Source of the DNA: Porphyridium purpureum
Lineage: Eukaryota
Direction: 5' to 3'
DNA length: 64,000 nucleotides
NCBI GenBank assembly: GCA_008690995.1
Contig: VRMN01000004.1
Span: 434,001 to 498,000, forward strand
Each line of letters begins with the position of its first letter. Position 1 is the stretch's first letter. Made by a program: the position numbers and the translations under genes. Below are positions 29,798 to 39,788 of the stretch, in pieces. The notes under the pieces were generated by a model. The model saw only the letters and a program-made list of their open reading frames with translations, searched no databases and was not told the DNA's origin.

Positions 29798-32335
29798 ATG
29801 ATGATGAAGAAGAAGCTTTCCAAGCCGTTTAACCGGGATGTGGGCGTCTCGTCCGGTCGTGGCTTTGATAGCGATCGAGAGGATGTGATTTCAATGTCGG
29901 GGCCTCTGAGTTCCGCCACAGGCGCCGATGTTGATATGCAGCGTCGTAGCTCAGCGGCGTCGTCGAAGGATTCACACTCGCGCACAAATAGCTGGCGGAA
30001 TATGTTTGGTCCTGGAAATAAGAAGCGGAACAGTGATTTGGGCTCCGCAGGCTTGCTGCGGAAAACAATGAGCCGCTCGTCCGAGAAAGAGATAGAGGGA
30101 TTGAGCAGGGAGACACTGGCAAGCACGACCGATTCGTCGCAATCACGCGCATTCACCCAGGAAATGGAGACTGCTGGAATGGCGCCCTCGAGACTTGTGC
30201 AAGCGCAAGGCAGTGCTGTCGCGCCGAGGAAAGATGATAAGCGATCGCTGCATTCATTTGCTGCCGCTGCAGAGCAGAAGCAGCAGCAGCAGCAGCAACA
30301 GCAACAGCAGCAACAACAACAACAACAAAGTCAGCAACAGAATGCCTCTGTGGCAATCTATTCTCGGTTTGACGACAAAGTCGATGGCACAACGTCGCCA
30401 TTTGACGTGAGCGCCAATCATGTGAGCAGTAGTGACGAAAGGGACTCAGACTCGCACGCGTCTGAGCAGTCCAGTAGGAAAGGAGGGGGCGGGATCATTG
30501 GCCGGCTCGTGAGGACCACGAGTCGGAAACAGATAGGCAAGGCCGCTGGTGATCGAAGCACCTCATCGACGCCAGGACGCCGGACGCCTGGCGGCTCCAA
30601 GACGCCACAGAGAAGCTCGACGCATACCAACTCTCGGTCGCCTAAAAAGCTTGCATCCCCGTTAAGAAGATCGATTGATGCACGGCGTTCGAAGTCGCAC
30701 GAGCGGGTAGCACCACCTCCCCCAATAGTACAGGATGTGCCTCCAAGTGCGTCACGCCTGCGAACGCGAAACGGTGAAGATCGCCCTGTGCCGAAGGCGC
30801 CCACAGCTCCGGCGGCGCGGCAACATTCGCGCGAACAGCGCCAAAGGTCGCTTCCAATTACCCCGGTAGTTACTGCGCCGCATTTGGTTCGACCGCTTGG
30901 TCCGCGTACGCCCAGTACTGAAAGTGAGAGTCTGAGCTCCATTCGCAGGCAATCATCCGGTGGCTCTGCAACGCTACCCAACGAGGAGTCGCGCGAACTT
31001 TTGAACGTGCTGGATATGCTGCGCAAGGATGAAAGCGCTGCGCAGGTCGAAATGGCGCTCAAGTCTTTGTACTTGCTTTTCTCCGACAAGGAAGCCTCCT
31101 CAGCCGCAGCGACCGCTGAGCGGTATGCGTTTCAGCACGGCGGCGGCTACGAGTACACCGTGGCGTGTGTGAAGCATTACGAAACCATACCGATGGTGCA
31201 AATTTCGGGCCTCAAATCCCTCGCCTTGGTCGCCAGTGGCGACTCATTCGGGCTCAAGTACTTGGCCGACGCGCGCATCGACCAGCTGGCATTTGCATAC
31301 CTGAATGACCCAGCGGCAAGCTCCGCAGTGAAAGCCGCCGCGCTGGTGGTCCTGCTGGTGCAGATGAGCTGGCCACCAACCTTGCACTCAGCCGCGAATA
31401 TCCAAACTGTGAGAATGCTCAACGGGCTCATGGTTGCGCATGAAGAACATGCAGAAGTTCAAGGCGCGGCGTGCGGTATCCTATCGAGGATACTGCCGTC
31501 AAGCGCAGTGACGGGGCCGGACCTCGTGGCCGCCAAGCTACCTGCGCAGATCGTACAGTCCATTTTGAGCTCGCTTCAGGCGCACGCTGCGTCGTCCGAG
31601 TGCGTGATTCACGGATGCTCTGCGCTGCGTCATCTCATGAACAAGGACGGCGTGGACTGGGACATTGTGGCTGGGGCCTGTAGTATAAGTGACCTCATCC
31701 GCAGCTTGTTCAATGTGCTTGTCAAACACCCGCAGAATCCGATTGCGATCGAGTGTGCGCTGGGCGTACTTGAACGCTTGAGTCGCGGCGGAGGCAGCAT
31801 CAGTAGCAATGGTGGCAGTAGCAGGAACGACGTGTCCGCTAGTACCCCATCCGCCGCAGTAAGTAGTGACTTGGGTGCACTCATGAGTCGGTCCACGAAC
31901 GAGCAGGACGTGCGCACGCTCGTGAGCGTTCTCAAGGCGCACGCCATGCGTCTTGCGATCATGGAGCCAAGTGTAAGCGTGCTAATCAGTATTGTTGGTA
32001 AGGACGCAGACCATCAGAAGATTTTCATGACCGAGGGTGGCACAGCGAGAATACTGTTCATGGTGGAGCGGTATCCGCGCGCAGCAAGGCTCATGGCCTT
32101 GATCAGCCAGCTGAGTATGTGCCTCTTTGACCTGAGCTTTGAGCAGTTTGTGTTTGAGCTGAGCGACAACCCAAAAGTGCTAGAACTGTGCGTGCACGCG
32201 CTGTTTGTCAACCATCATCCGGAATGGAGGCCAAAGCCGAAACCTAGAGCGCCGAATCCGGGTGTTCCTCGTTCACCGGCGTACGCTCACACCGCCGGGT
32301 ATGCTGCACCGATCAAAATGGCCCCAACCAAATAA
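29798..32335 (+). CDS. Armadillo-like helical-repeat protein with disordered polyQ/Ser-rich N-terminus
   Basis: 845-aa ORF; recurrent H....VQ..AC..L..L units (HEEHAEVQGAACGILSRI, HAASSECVIHGCSALRHL, HPQNPIAIECALGVLERL). Confidence 0.75.
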   Translation: MMMKKKLSKPFNRDVGVSSGRGFDSDREDVISMSGPLSSATGADVDMQRRSSAASSKDSHSRTNSWRNMFGPGNKKRNSDLGSAGLLRKTMSRSSEKEIEGLSRETLASTTDSSQSRAFTQEMETAGMAPSRLVQAQGSAVAPRKDDKRSLHSFAAAAEQKQQQQQQQQQQQQQQQQSQQQNASVAIYSRFDDKVDGTTSPFDVSANHVSSSDERDSDSHASEQSSRKGGGGIIGRLVRTTSRKQIGKAAGDRSTSSTPGRRTPGGSKTPQRSSTHTNSRSPKKLASPLRRSIDARRSKSHERVAPPPPIVQDVPPSASRLRTRNGEDRPVPKAPTAPAARQHSREQRQRSLPITPVVTAPHLVRPLGPRTPSTESESLSSIRRQSSGGSATLPNEESRELLNVLDMLRKDESAAQVEMALKSLYLLFSDKEASSAAATAERYAFQHGGGYEYTVACVKHYETIPMVQISGLKSLALVASGDSFGLKYLADARIDQLAFAYLNDPAASSAVKAAALVVLLVQMSWPPTLHSAANIQTVRMLNGLMVAHEEHAEVQGAACGILSRILPSSAVTGPDLVAAKLPAQIVQSILSSLQAHAASSECVIHGCSALRHLMNKDGVDWDIVAGACSISDLIRSLFNVLVKHPQNPIAIECALGVLERLSRGGGSISSNGGSSRNDVSASTPSAAVSSDLGALMSRSTNEQDVRTLVSVLKAHAMRLAIMEPSVSVLISIVGKDADHQKIFMTEGGTARILFMVERYPRAARLMALISQLSMCLFDLSFEQFVFELSDNPKVLELCVHALFVNHHPEWRPKPKPRAPNPGVPRSPAYAHTAGYAAPIKMAPTK

Positions 32336-32394
32336 ATGGAGCGATTCAATCAGCACAGAAATCAAGGAAGCCGCGGTTCCCGAGCTTTATAGTG

Positions 32395-33378
32395 TTACAG
32401 CTTCATGTACTCGTGATACATTGCGTCAAACGCGTGCTGATCGGAAAGAAGGCGCTGCATCACAGCACGTAGCTCGGAAACCGACATTTTTGGCGCCCGG
32501 TAGGGCGCATCGCGTTTACCCCCGAGCAGTTCGGCAATTTCGCTCTCGCGTTTGACGAGCGACTGCGTTGGGTGCGGCTGCTGTGAGGTACCATATTGAA
32601 TACTAGATGTGTTGCTGCCAGCCATGGGCGACGATTGTAGAAGCCCTAGCAAATATTGCCCTCCCGTATCTGTCCCGTTTTGCAGTTGGTGTTGCTCATG
32701 CTGTGGTGCTGCAGGCGACAGAGCCGGTGCGGCGCCGGCCGAATGCGCCATCACGTGTGTTCTTGCAGGAGACCCCATCACGGGCGACTGCGACTGTCCC
32801 AAGCCCGGGAAGAACCGTTCCAAGCTGGACACTGGCGCGGCACCCGCGTGCGCTGCGCCTGGTGAGCTTGTATTTGTGTACGCATGCTGCGCCTGGTAAA
32901 CTTGGTGCGGAAGTTGCGGTTGCATTTGGGCGTGATGGTGGGGTTGCATCGAGGCGCTCTTCCCGGTTTCTGGTACGCTTCCAGCGGGCAAACTGAGTGT
33001 CTTTTGAAGCGCGACCAAAACAGCGTCGCACTCTGCTTCGTCGTAGAACCAAATGCCCTTGATGGGCTGTTGGTCGAGCTTGTACATGATCATGGCCTTT
33101 GCCTTTTCAAGCTGCACGTGCCCGCCGCGCAGGTCCTCGACGAGATCCTCGATGCCCTTGCGATTCAAGACAAACATGCGCAGGTGCGGATCGCTATTCC
33201 GTACCACGAGGTGCAGCGGGCCCTCGAGATCCATTTTGGTCCACGCGCCGTCTCTCAGCGCGTACATCGCAACATGTGCTGCGGACGCCGCGATCTGCAC
33301 GCACCCATCGTCCCGCTTCCGCAGCGCATTCAGCGTCGCCTCCGCCGCGAGCCGCGAGCGCTCTGTGCGCTCAGCCAT
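32395..33378 (-). CDS. DCP1: mRNA decapping subunit DCP1 (EVH1 domain plus C-terminal trimerisation-like helix)
   Basis: LNALRKRD...SAAHVAMY...WTKMDLEGPLHLVVR...FVLNRKG...GIWFYDEAEC; C-terminal ELRAVMQRLLSDQHAFDAMYHEY. Confidence 0.93.
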   Translation of the reverse strand: MAERTERSRLAAEATLNALRKRDDGCVQIAASAAHVAMYALRDGAWTKMDLEGPLHLVVRNSDPHLRMFVLNRKGIEDLVEDLRGGHVQLEKAKAMIMYKLDQQPIKGIWFYDEAECDAVLVALQKTLSLPAGSVPETGKSASMQPHHHAQMQPQLPHQVYQAQHAYTNTSSPGAAHAGAAPVSSLERFFPGLGQSQSPVMGSPARTHVMAHSAGAAPALSPAAPQHEQHQLQNGTDTGGQYLLGLLQSSPMAGSNTSSIQYGTSQQPHPTQSLVKRESEIAELLGGKRDAPYRAPKMSVSELRAVMQRLLSDQHAFDAMYHEYMKL

Positions 33379-33686
33379 CGACCCCAATCCGCGCCTCAAA
33401 CCCCCTGCCTTTCCTCAACCCAACAACCTCTCTCTGCGCTGTCTTCCCCTTCGCCCACTCCCCTTCTGCTTCCGTTCCTGCGATTGCACCAGCGCGCACA
33501 AAGACACCTTGCAATGTAATTCCGCATGGTATCACCATCCCTCATCGCAACACTGAACCTTTGTATAACTGTACCTCCGGCATGATCTGACTCGCGACCT
33601 TCGGACTCATGGCAAACGTCGGTGGTAGCACGACAGCTTGAGACATTTTGTGCAAGTTCCTGCGCTGTCGCGCGAGACATCTTTCC

Positions 33687-33760
33687 ACCCAACCAGACCC
33701 GACCCTACCCGACCCTACCCGACCGGACTGGACCGGACTGGACCGGACTGGACTGGACGG
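33687..33760. repeat. Degenerate 5/10-bp minisatellite (gaccctaccc x2, gaccggactg x3)
   Basis: Read directly from the sequence, in the DCP1/MAPK divergent intergenic region. Confidence 0.85.
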
Positions 33761-34686
33761 GATCCGAACGAGGTGCTGTGGACGGGGCGATGCGAGTACA
33801 CAGCGGCGCATCAGTCGCGCGCGTGAGAACGAACAGACCTGCTGGCGCAGACCTGGGGCTTTACATGCTGGCCCCGCCACTTGTAGAGCAGCAGGGAATG
33901 CGTGCGTTATGTTATTCTGTTGGTGAGTGAGCTCATCGACGTCGTTGTGCGTGGCTGCTTCACGTCCACGCTCGGCGCTGCGGCGTTGCGGCGCGTGTGT
34001 TCGCCAGCGCCGACTGGATTCCGAGTGAGATGGTGTTGCTTACAAAATGACCCGTGCTCATACGTTTGGGCGCGCGTGTGCAGCTACTGTACCTTCTATG
34101 TCAGCACTGGCGTCTCTATAAAGAAAACAAGCGCGTTTTGATAAAGGGCGCGTAAGTACCGCAACGCTCGCACTGAACAGCGGAACCGACACATCACTCG
34201 GATGAGTTGGTTCGTGAAGATGCAGGCTGCGTGTGAAAGAGACAGAGAGAGGGGGGAGAGAGAGAGAGAAGGGAGCGAGGCGATGGTTGGGGGGTTGGGG
34301 GGAAGGGGAGCGTGGAGGGGTGTTGGTGCGAGGACCGCGTGTGGTAGAACTCGATTGCGCGCCGCTTGGTTCGCGTCGTGGGTGGAGGTGCGCGTGTGGC
34401 GGATGCCTGGGCAAGTCCGGGAAGCGCACGGACGGTTGCTCTGACTGACGCAAGATCGAAGAGCGGAGAGCGAGAAGCGCCGCTGCGCGAGGTGGACGGA
34501 GAGGCGAGTCGTGTGCGGAAAGGAGGCGCGGTAGAGTGTGCGTTTGGAGAGGTGGGGTGATCGCGTGAGCGGAGAGGAGTGCCAAGTTGCGGAGGGGAGC
34601 GCGGCGGCTGATTCGGGGTTGCATCGCGGCGTCCAGCCGTGTTTATCGCGCATCCTTGTAGCGCCACTGGCGTTTCGCGCGGCAAG

Positions 34687-36027
34687 ATGAAAGGCGTGGT
34701 GCAAAATATGAAGGGGCTTTGGGCCAAGGGCGGGGCCAAGGGCAGAGAAGGGCGGGAAGGAAGCGGGGGCGGCATGCCAAAGCCGTTCAGGAAATCGGAG
34801 AGTAGTCGGAATATGTCAGAGTCGAATGATGATTTGCGCGTGTCCAAGCAGGGCTCGAGGTCGTCGGGAAAGGCGGGCAACGGGAATGGCTCATCGTCGC
34901 AGATCTTAGCCCAGAGCGGCGACGCGAGCAGCTCGTTTCCGCCCAAACACACGTTTACGGTGTCTGGCGCGCAATTTGTGGTCGACACGCGCTACATTTA
35001 CATTAAACCGCTCGGCACTGGTGCGTATGGTGTTGTGTGCAGTGCGAATGATGTGCAGACGAATAAGAAGGTGGCCATCAAGAAAATCGTCGACGCGTTT
35101 GACGACATTACGGACCTGAAGCGCATCCTGCGCGAGATCCGGCTGATGCGCGCGTTGCACCACGAGAATCTGCTTGGTCTCGAAGATCTCGATCGGCCGC
35201 TCGACTACAGCCACTTTACTGATATTTATATGATTACCGAGCTGATGGACACGGATCTGGCGAAGCTGCTGTCGAGAAAGGAAAAACTGCTGGCCGACCA
35301 GTGCAAGTACTTTGTCTATCAAATGGTGCGTGCCATGAAGTACTTGCACACAGCCAACGTGCTCCATCGTGATCTGAAGCCGGCGAACATTCTTGTCAAC
35401 GCCAATTGCGACCTAAAAATTTGCGATTTTGGTCTCGCGCGGTACCTGGACCCCGACCAGACCGGCGAAAAGACAGATTACGTGGTCACAAGATGGTATC
35501 GCGCTCCGGAGCTCATGCTGAGCCATCACTACACAAACGCGATTGATATGTGGAGCATTGGGTGCATTATGGCCGAGATGCTCACCGGCAAGGTTTTGTT
35601 CCGCGGCAACGACGTAAAGCATCAGTTGGAGCTGATTTGTGAGGTCACTGGAAAGCCCACGAAGGAGGATATTTGGTATGTGCAGAGCAAGCGAGCGCTC
35701 AAATTCCTGGACGACTTGCCGGACACGCCGAAGCGGCCGTTCTCGGAAATCTTTAAGAAGGTCACCGACGCGGACGCGCTGGACCTGATGGAGAAGTTGC
35801 TGGCGTTTGATCCGGCGAAGCGGGTGGGCGCTCAGGAAGCACTGGGGCACAAGTACCTGGAGGATTACCACGACCCGGAAGATGAGCCAGAGGCACCCCC
35901 TAACCTGCTCGACGACACGATTGAGCCAGAGTCTGCGAAGAAACTGAACAAGGAAGAGCTCAGAGTAATGCTGTGGCAAGAGGTGATCAAGTTTCACCCA
36001 GACGATGAGCATGCTGAAGTAAAATGA
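34687..36027 (+). CDS. Mitogen-activated protein kinase (TDY activation motif)
   Basis: GTGAYGVV, VAIKK, HRDLKPAN, DFGLAR, TDYVVTRWYRAPE and CD domain YHDPEDEP. Confidence 0.97.
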   Translation: MKGVVQNMKGLWAKGGAKGREGREGSGGGMPKPFRKSESSRNMSESNDDLRVSKQGSRSSGKAGNGNGSSSQILAQSGDASSSFPPKHTFTVSGAQFVVDTRYIYIKPLGTGAYGVVCSANDVQTNKKVAIKKIVDAFDDITDLKRILREIRLMRALHHENLLGLEDLDRPLDYSHFTDIYMITELMDTDLAKLLSRKEKLLADQCKYFVYQMVRAMKYLHTANVLHRDLKPANILVNANCDLKICDFGLARYLDPDQTGEKTDYVVTRWYRAPELMLSHHYTNAIDMWSIGCIMAEMLTGKVLFRGNDVKHQLELICEVTGKPTKEDIWYVQSKRALKFLDDLPDTPKRPFSEIFKKVTDADALDLMEKLLAFDPAKRVGAQEALGHKYLEDYHDPEDEPEAPPNLLDDTIEPESAKKLNKEELRVMLWQEVIKFHPDDEHAEVK

Positions 36028-36486
36028 GTCGAGGCAGATTGCGGCAACGACGAGAAGACATATTTGTCTGTGTTTCTTTTGCGACCAAGGCCAAGGCCGC
36101 TACTTTATCATTTCTTGACACAGAAGAGACCGAGAGAGCTCGAGAGTTTGCCTGTGTCTGTGCGGGCGCGGGTGCACTAGGTGGGGACACGGAAGGTTGT
36201 GACAAAGACTTTCTCGCCGGAAAGATCGTATCATCTTTAATGTGAACACCAGAGTTTTTGGACAGAGAGAACACCCGAAAGTAAAAAAAAAAAGTGAGCG
36301 CACCGCGAGCTGAGATAAACCCGGCTCGGCGGCGCGCATGAAGCCGAGCGGATGCGTTGGCTGTGCGTGATGTCACAGCGTGCGGAGACACTCTATTCTC
36401 TGCAACTGAGGCTGTCTCAATTTCCGGATAGCCTGGACGCACACGCGCGACGACACAGTGCAATGCGGCGCGATGGGTGTTCCAAA

Positions 36487-36885
36487 CTACTGGTTTCCGA
36501 CTGAGCGCATCTGGCCGCCCGCGACGAGCTCGACTTTGAGGATCTTCCCGCCCATCTTCTGGATGCGCTGCTGCTCTGCGTACCATGAGGAAAAGGGCAC
36601 CATTTTGGTTGTGTAGACGTTCTGGAGCTCGCGGAATGTATACAGGCGCGACTGCGAGGGGAGCACAAAGGTGACCTTGAAGCAGCGCGAGTCCTTCTCG
36701 ACGGCAGACGACTTGATCCCGCGGGGCTCGAGAGACCCCGCTCCCGTGCCGTCCATATCATACGCCATTGCGACGGCCACACCGTGCGCTCTGCTCTTCC
36801 CCTGCGCGCCACATACCGCCGCCGATCGCAGCCGCGTCCCCGCAAACCCGCTGGAAGTCAACACAAACGCCGCACCGCCCGCCAT
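36487..36885 (-). CDS. apcC: Allophycocyanin-associated core linker (Lc, 7.8 kDa) with plastid transit peptide
   Basis: FKVTFVLPSQSRLYTFRELQNVYTTKMVPFSSWYAEQQRIQKMGGKILKVEL matches the ApcC consensus; presequence MAGGAAFV. Confidence 0.95.
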   Translation of the reverse strand: MAGGAAFVLTSSGFAGTRLRSAAVCGAQGKSRAHGVAVAMAYDMDGTGAGSLEPRGIKSSAVEKDSRCFKVTFVLPSQSRLYTFRELQNVYTTKMVPFSSWYAEQQRIQKMGGKILKVELVAGGQMRSVGNQ

Positions 36886-37398
36886 CTTTCCCCAAACCAC
36901 ACACACAAACACACACACACACCCAGCGCAACCCTTCTCAACCACGCGCTTCTCGCCAACCTCTTCTTCTCCTTCTCTCGTTCGGCGTATGTCTCTCCCG
37001 CCTCCGTTGTCTTACCTTCTCACCACCTCACTACTCTCCTCCCCCTCTTCCCCCTCAACATCAAAACCCCCACGCTCGTCTAACCGGTCGTGATTTTTTG
37101 ATACCGCCACACTACACACCGCGAAATCTGCTCCGTTCTCTCCCCGAGATCGGTCGATCGGCGCACTGAACCGTGCGGCCCACGCATTGCATGGCCATCC
37201 CGCACGCCGCTGCGTGTGTGCGCGAACAACTGAACTTCTCACTGTACTTGAAGCAGCAGAAGTACAGTGGGTTCAGCCACCTGAGGGATCCGGCGTGTGC
37301 CGATGGACGGTGCGCGAGTGTGTTGAGGCGGGGGTGAAGCGTGGTGGTGCGGGGTGAAGAGAGAAAGAGAGAAGGTGGAGGAGGAGAGGTAGAGGAGG

Positions 37399-37881
37399 AT
37401 GTCGAAGCGGGATGGAGATGGAGAAGCGGGTGGCGGCGCGGACGGCGCGTTGAAGAGTGGAAATCCGTTGGACGGGTTGGTGGGACGGGTGGCAGGGGTG
37501 CGCGCTGTGATGCTGATCGATCGGGACGGCAGCATCGTGTTGCGCGGTGATGCAGGCGCGTGTGCAGCGGGCGCGGCAGACGCGGCAGACGCGGCGAGTG
37601 GAGTCGCGCATCAGGGTTCCGCGGCGGCAGATGCTCATGGCGTGCTGGAGCTGAATCCGGCGCTCATTGCGATGGTCATCGACCAGAGCGTCAAACTGCG
37701 ACTCGGCGGGTGCAAGTGGATCGCGGCGTCGTACACGTCCAGCACAGTGGTGATCATGAATACGCCCTTGCTCATAACTGCAGTCATAGCAAGCGACGCG
37801 TCTCAAATTGCGTCGATTCTCGAGCTCGAACACGAGTGCGCGCTCGTCTCGTCTGAACTGGGCGCCATGATGTCGGTGTGA
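37399..37881 (+). CDS. LAMTOR3: Ragulator subunit LAMTOR3/MP1 (roadblock fold)
   Basis: VRAVMLIDRDGSIVLR...DQSVKLRLGGCKWIAASY...VVIMNTPLLITAVIAS parallels LAMTOR3 SDRDGVP...DQGSKLGL..NKSII.YY...VVQFN. Confidence 0.8.
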   Translation: MSKRDGDGEAGGGADGALKSGNPLDGLVGRVAGVRAVMLIDRDGSIVLRGDAGACAAGAADAADAASGVAHQGSAAADAHGVLELNPALIAMVIDQSVKLRLGGCKWIAASYTSSTVVIMNTPLLITAVIASDASQIASILELEHECALVSSELGAMMSV

Positions 37882-37986
37882 GCACAGGTTTGGGGAATCG
37901 CAGCTCGCTGGGTTCTCGTTTCCCACACGGAAACCCTTTACTTTTCCTGTACATAAGATGCGGACAAGTCATGTGAATGTTTCTTT

Positions 37987-39474
37987 TCACACGTGCATGT
38001 CGTGTACTGCGGCTTTGTACACATGGGGATAGCTCCGCAGGTGATTGTACAGCTCCTTGCGCTGCTCAACGAGCGATGGCGGCAGCTCATGGTACACGTC
38101 GTCAAACAAGGTCATGGGGTGCGTGTCCGGCTCCTTCTCAGCGGCCTTGATCGCAGTCAGCAGCTCGCGCTTTTGATCCTGCATGTACTGCGTGTCTTGT
38201 TCGTCATCCCACCACCCGCTGCGCTGCATGTACGCGCGCAAACGGCGCAGTGGGTCTGCGCGCTCGTTGTAGAACTGCATTTCATTGGCCTCGCGATACT
38301 GGCTCGAGTCATCGCTCGTTGAGTGATGCCCGACACGGTATGTCATGAGCTCCACGAGCACAGGCACCTGGTGCTCCACAATGTGCTTGCGCGCCTCACG
38401 CACCGTGTACTCGACAGCGAGCGCGTCGTTTCCGTCCACGCGAACAGCATCCATTCCGTATCCAAGCCCGCGCATGACCACGCCGTCGCCGCGGTACTGC
38501 TCCTTTGTGGGTGTCGAAATCGCGAAACCATTGTTGCGGCACACAAAGAGCACCGGACAGCCCAACGTCGCGCTAAAGTTGAGTCCAGCGTGAAAGTCAC
38601 CCTCAGACGCCGCGCCGTCACCAAAGAAGCAGGTGACAATCATGTCCTCTGGACCGGCTGTGCTATGAGCGCTTCTTCCTTTCTTGCTGCCATTGCTGCC
38701 GCTCGTGCTTGCGGGAAGTTTGATCGAGCCCTTGCGCGCCAAGCGCAGCGCGTAAGCTGCACCAGACGCCTGTGGCAACTGTGTGGCGAGCGGCGACGAC
38801 ACAGTATGAAACGCCAGCTCGGGCGAGCCGTAGTGCACGGGCATTTGACGCCCCTTGTCGGCGCCCTTACCAAAGCATTGCATGCAGAACTCCTGGAATG
38901 TAAAGCCGCGCCACAGCAACACGCCCTGCTCCCTGTACTGTGCAAACACTGGGTCAGTATCTTTGAGGGCGGCCGCTGTGCCAATGACTGCAGCCTCTTC
39001 GCCCGCGCTCGTCATGTAGAACGAGATGCGGCCCTGACGCTGGGCCGAGTATAGATACTCGTCCATGACGCGCAGCTGCACCATGTGCTTGTACATTTGC
39101 GACACAGTCTCACGACCTGCCAACGCGATGTGCCGTGACGGTGCGTGCTCTGGGGAAGCTGGCGCCGCGGCCGACCCAACCAAGTCACCGGCCTCACTGA
39201 GTACGCGGAATGTTGACGCCGGCGTGCGAAACTTGGCCTGCACGACATTGAATTTGGCGCTGAACTTGCTGCCCTGAGCCCCAGGGTACTTGAACTGCTT
39301 TGGCTCAGCCTCCTGCTCCCAGCTGCCCGCCGACGAGACTGGCACCGCGTCGGCGCCGCCAGGCCCTGTGGTTGTTGAGCTGGAGGTGCTCCAGTGACGC
39401 CGCGGCGGCTTGGCGCCACTCCACCTTCCCGCGGCGCGCAGGCCGGAGCGCCATTCGAAACGCGTGGCGAGCAT
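37987..39474 (-). CDS. BCKDHA: Branched-chain 2-oxoacid dehydrogenase E1 alpha subunit, mitochondrial
   Basis: QRQGRISFYMT, GRQMPVHYGS, TPP motif GDGAASEGDF...NN, YRVGHHSTSDD; Arg-rich presequence. Confidence 0.96.
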   Translation of the reverse strand: MLATRFEWRSGLRAAGRWSGAKPPRRHWSTSSSTTTGPGGADAVPVSSAGSWEQEAEPKQFKYPGAQGSKFSAKFNVVQAKFRTPASTFRVLSEAGDLVGSAAAPASPEHAPSRHIALAGRETVSQMYKHMVQLRVMDEYLYSAQRQGRISFYMTSAGEEAAVIGTAAALKDTDPVFAQYREQGVLLWRGFTFQEFCMQCFGKGADKGRQMPVHYGSPELAFHTVSSPLATQLPQASGAAYALRLARKGSIKLPASTSGSNGSKKGRSAHSTAGPEDMIVTCFFGDGAASEGDFHAGLNFSATLGCPVLFVCRNNGFAISTPTKEQYRGDGVVMRGLGYGMDAVRVDGNDALAVEYTVREARKHIVEHQVPVLVELMTYRVGHHSTSDDSSQYREANEMQFYNERADPLRRLRAYMQRSGWWDDEQDTQYMQDQKRELLTAIKAAEKEPDTHPMTLFDDVYHELPPSLVEQRKELYNHLRSYPHVYKAAVHDMHV

Positions 39475-39788
39475 CGCAGCAGCAGCAGCAAGCGAGTGTG
39501 CGTCGTAAGCCTGGCCACACAGCATTGGCTCGGCAGCGCGTGGCTGCTATGTTCGGCTGCCGACACGCAGCGCTCTCTCTCTCTCTCTCTCTCTTGTATC
39601 AGCCGTTGTACCGCTCACGTGTCAATTGAAAAGAAGCGCGCGCGAGTTTGCGCGCTTCCACACCGCAAGTGCGTCACAGGCAGGCTGGCAGTGACGCCAG
39701 TGCCATTGGAATGTCATCCCGAAAAAAGTGGGACAAAACGAAGAGGTACAGTTCACAGCGGTTTAGTGATGGCAGTGTGGAGAAGCGC

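Noticed and set aside
34687..37881. MAPK near LAMTOR3 (MP1, a MEK/ERK scaffold) as a functional cluster
   Set aside because: apcC lies between them and gene order in the window looks functionally random; there is no synteny evidence.
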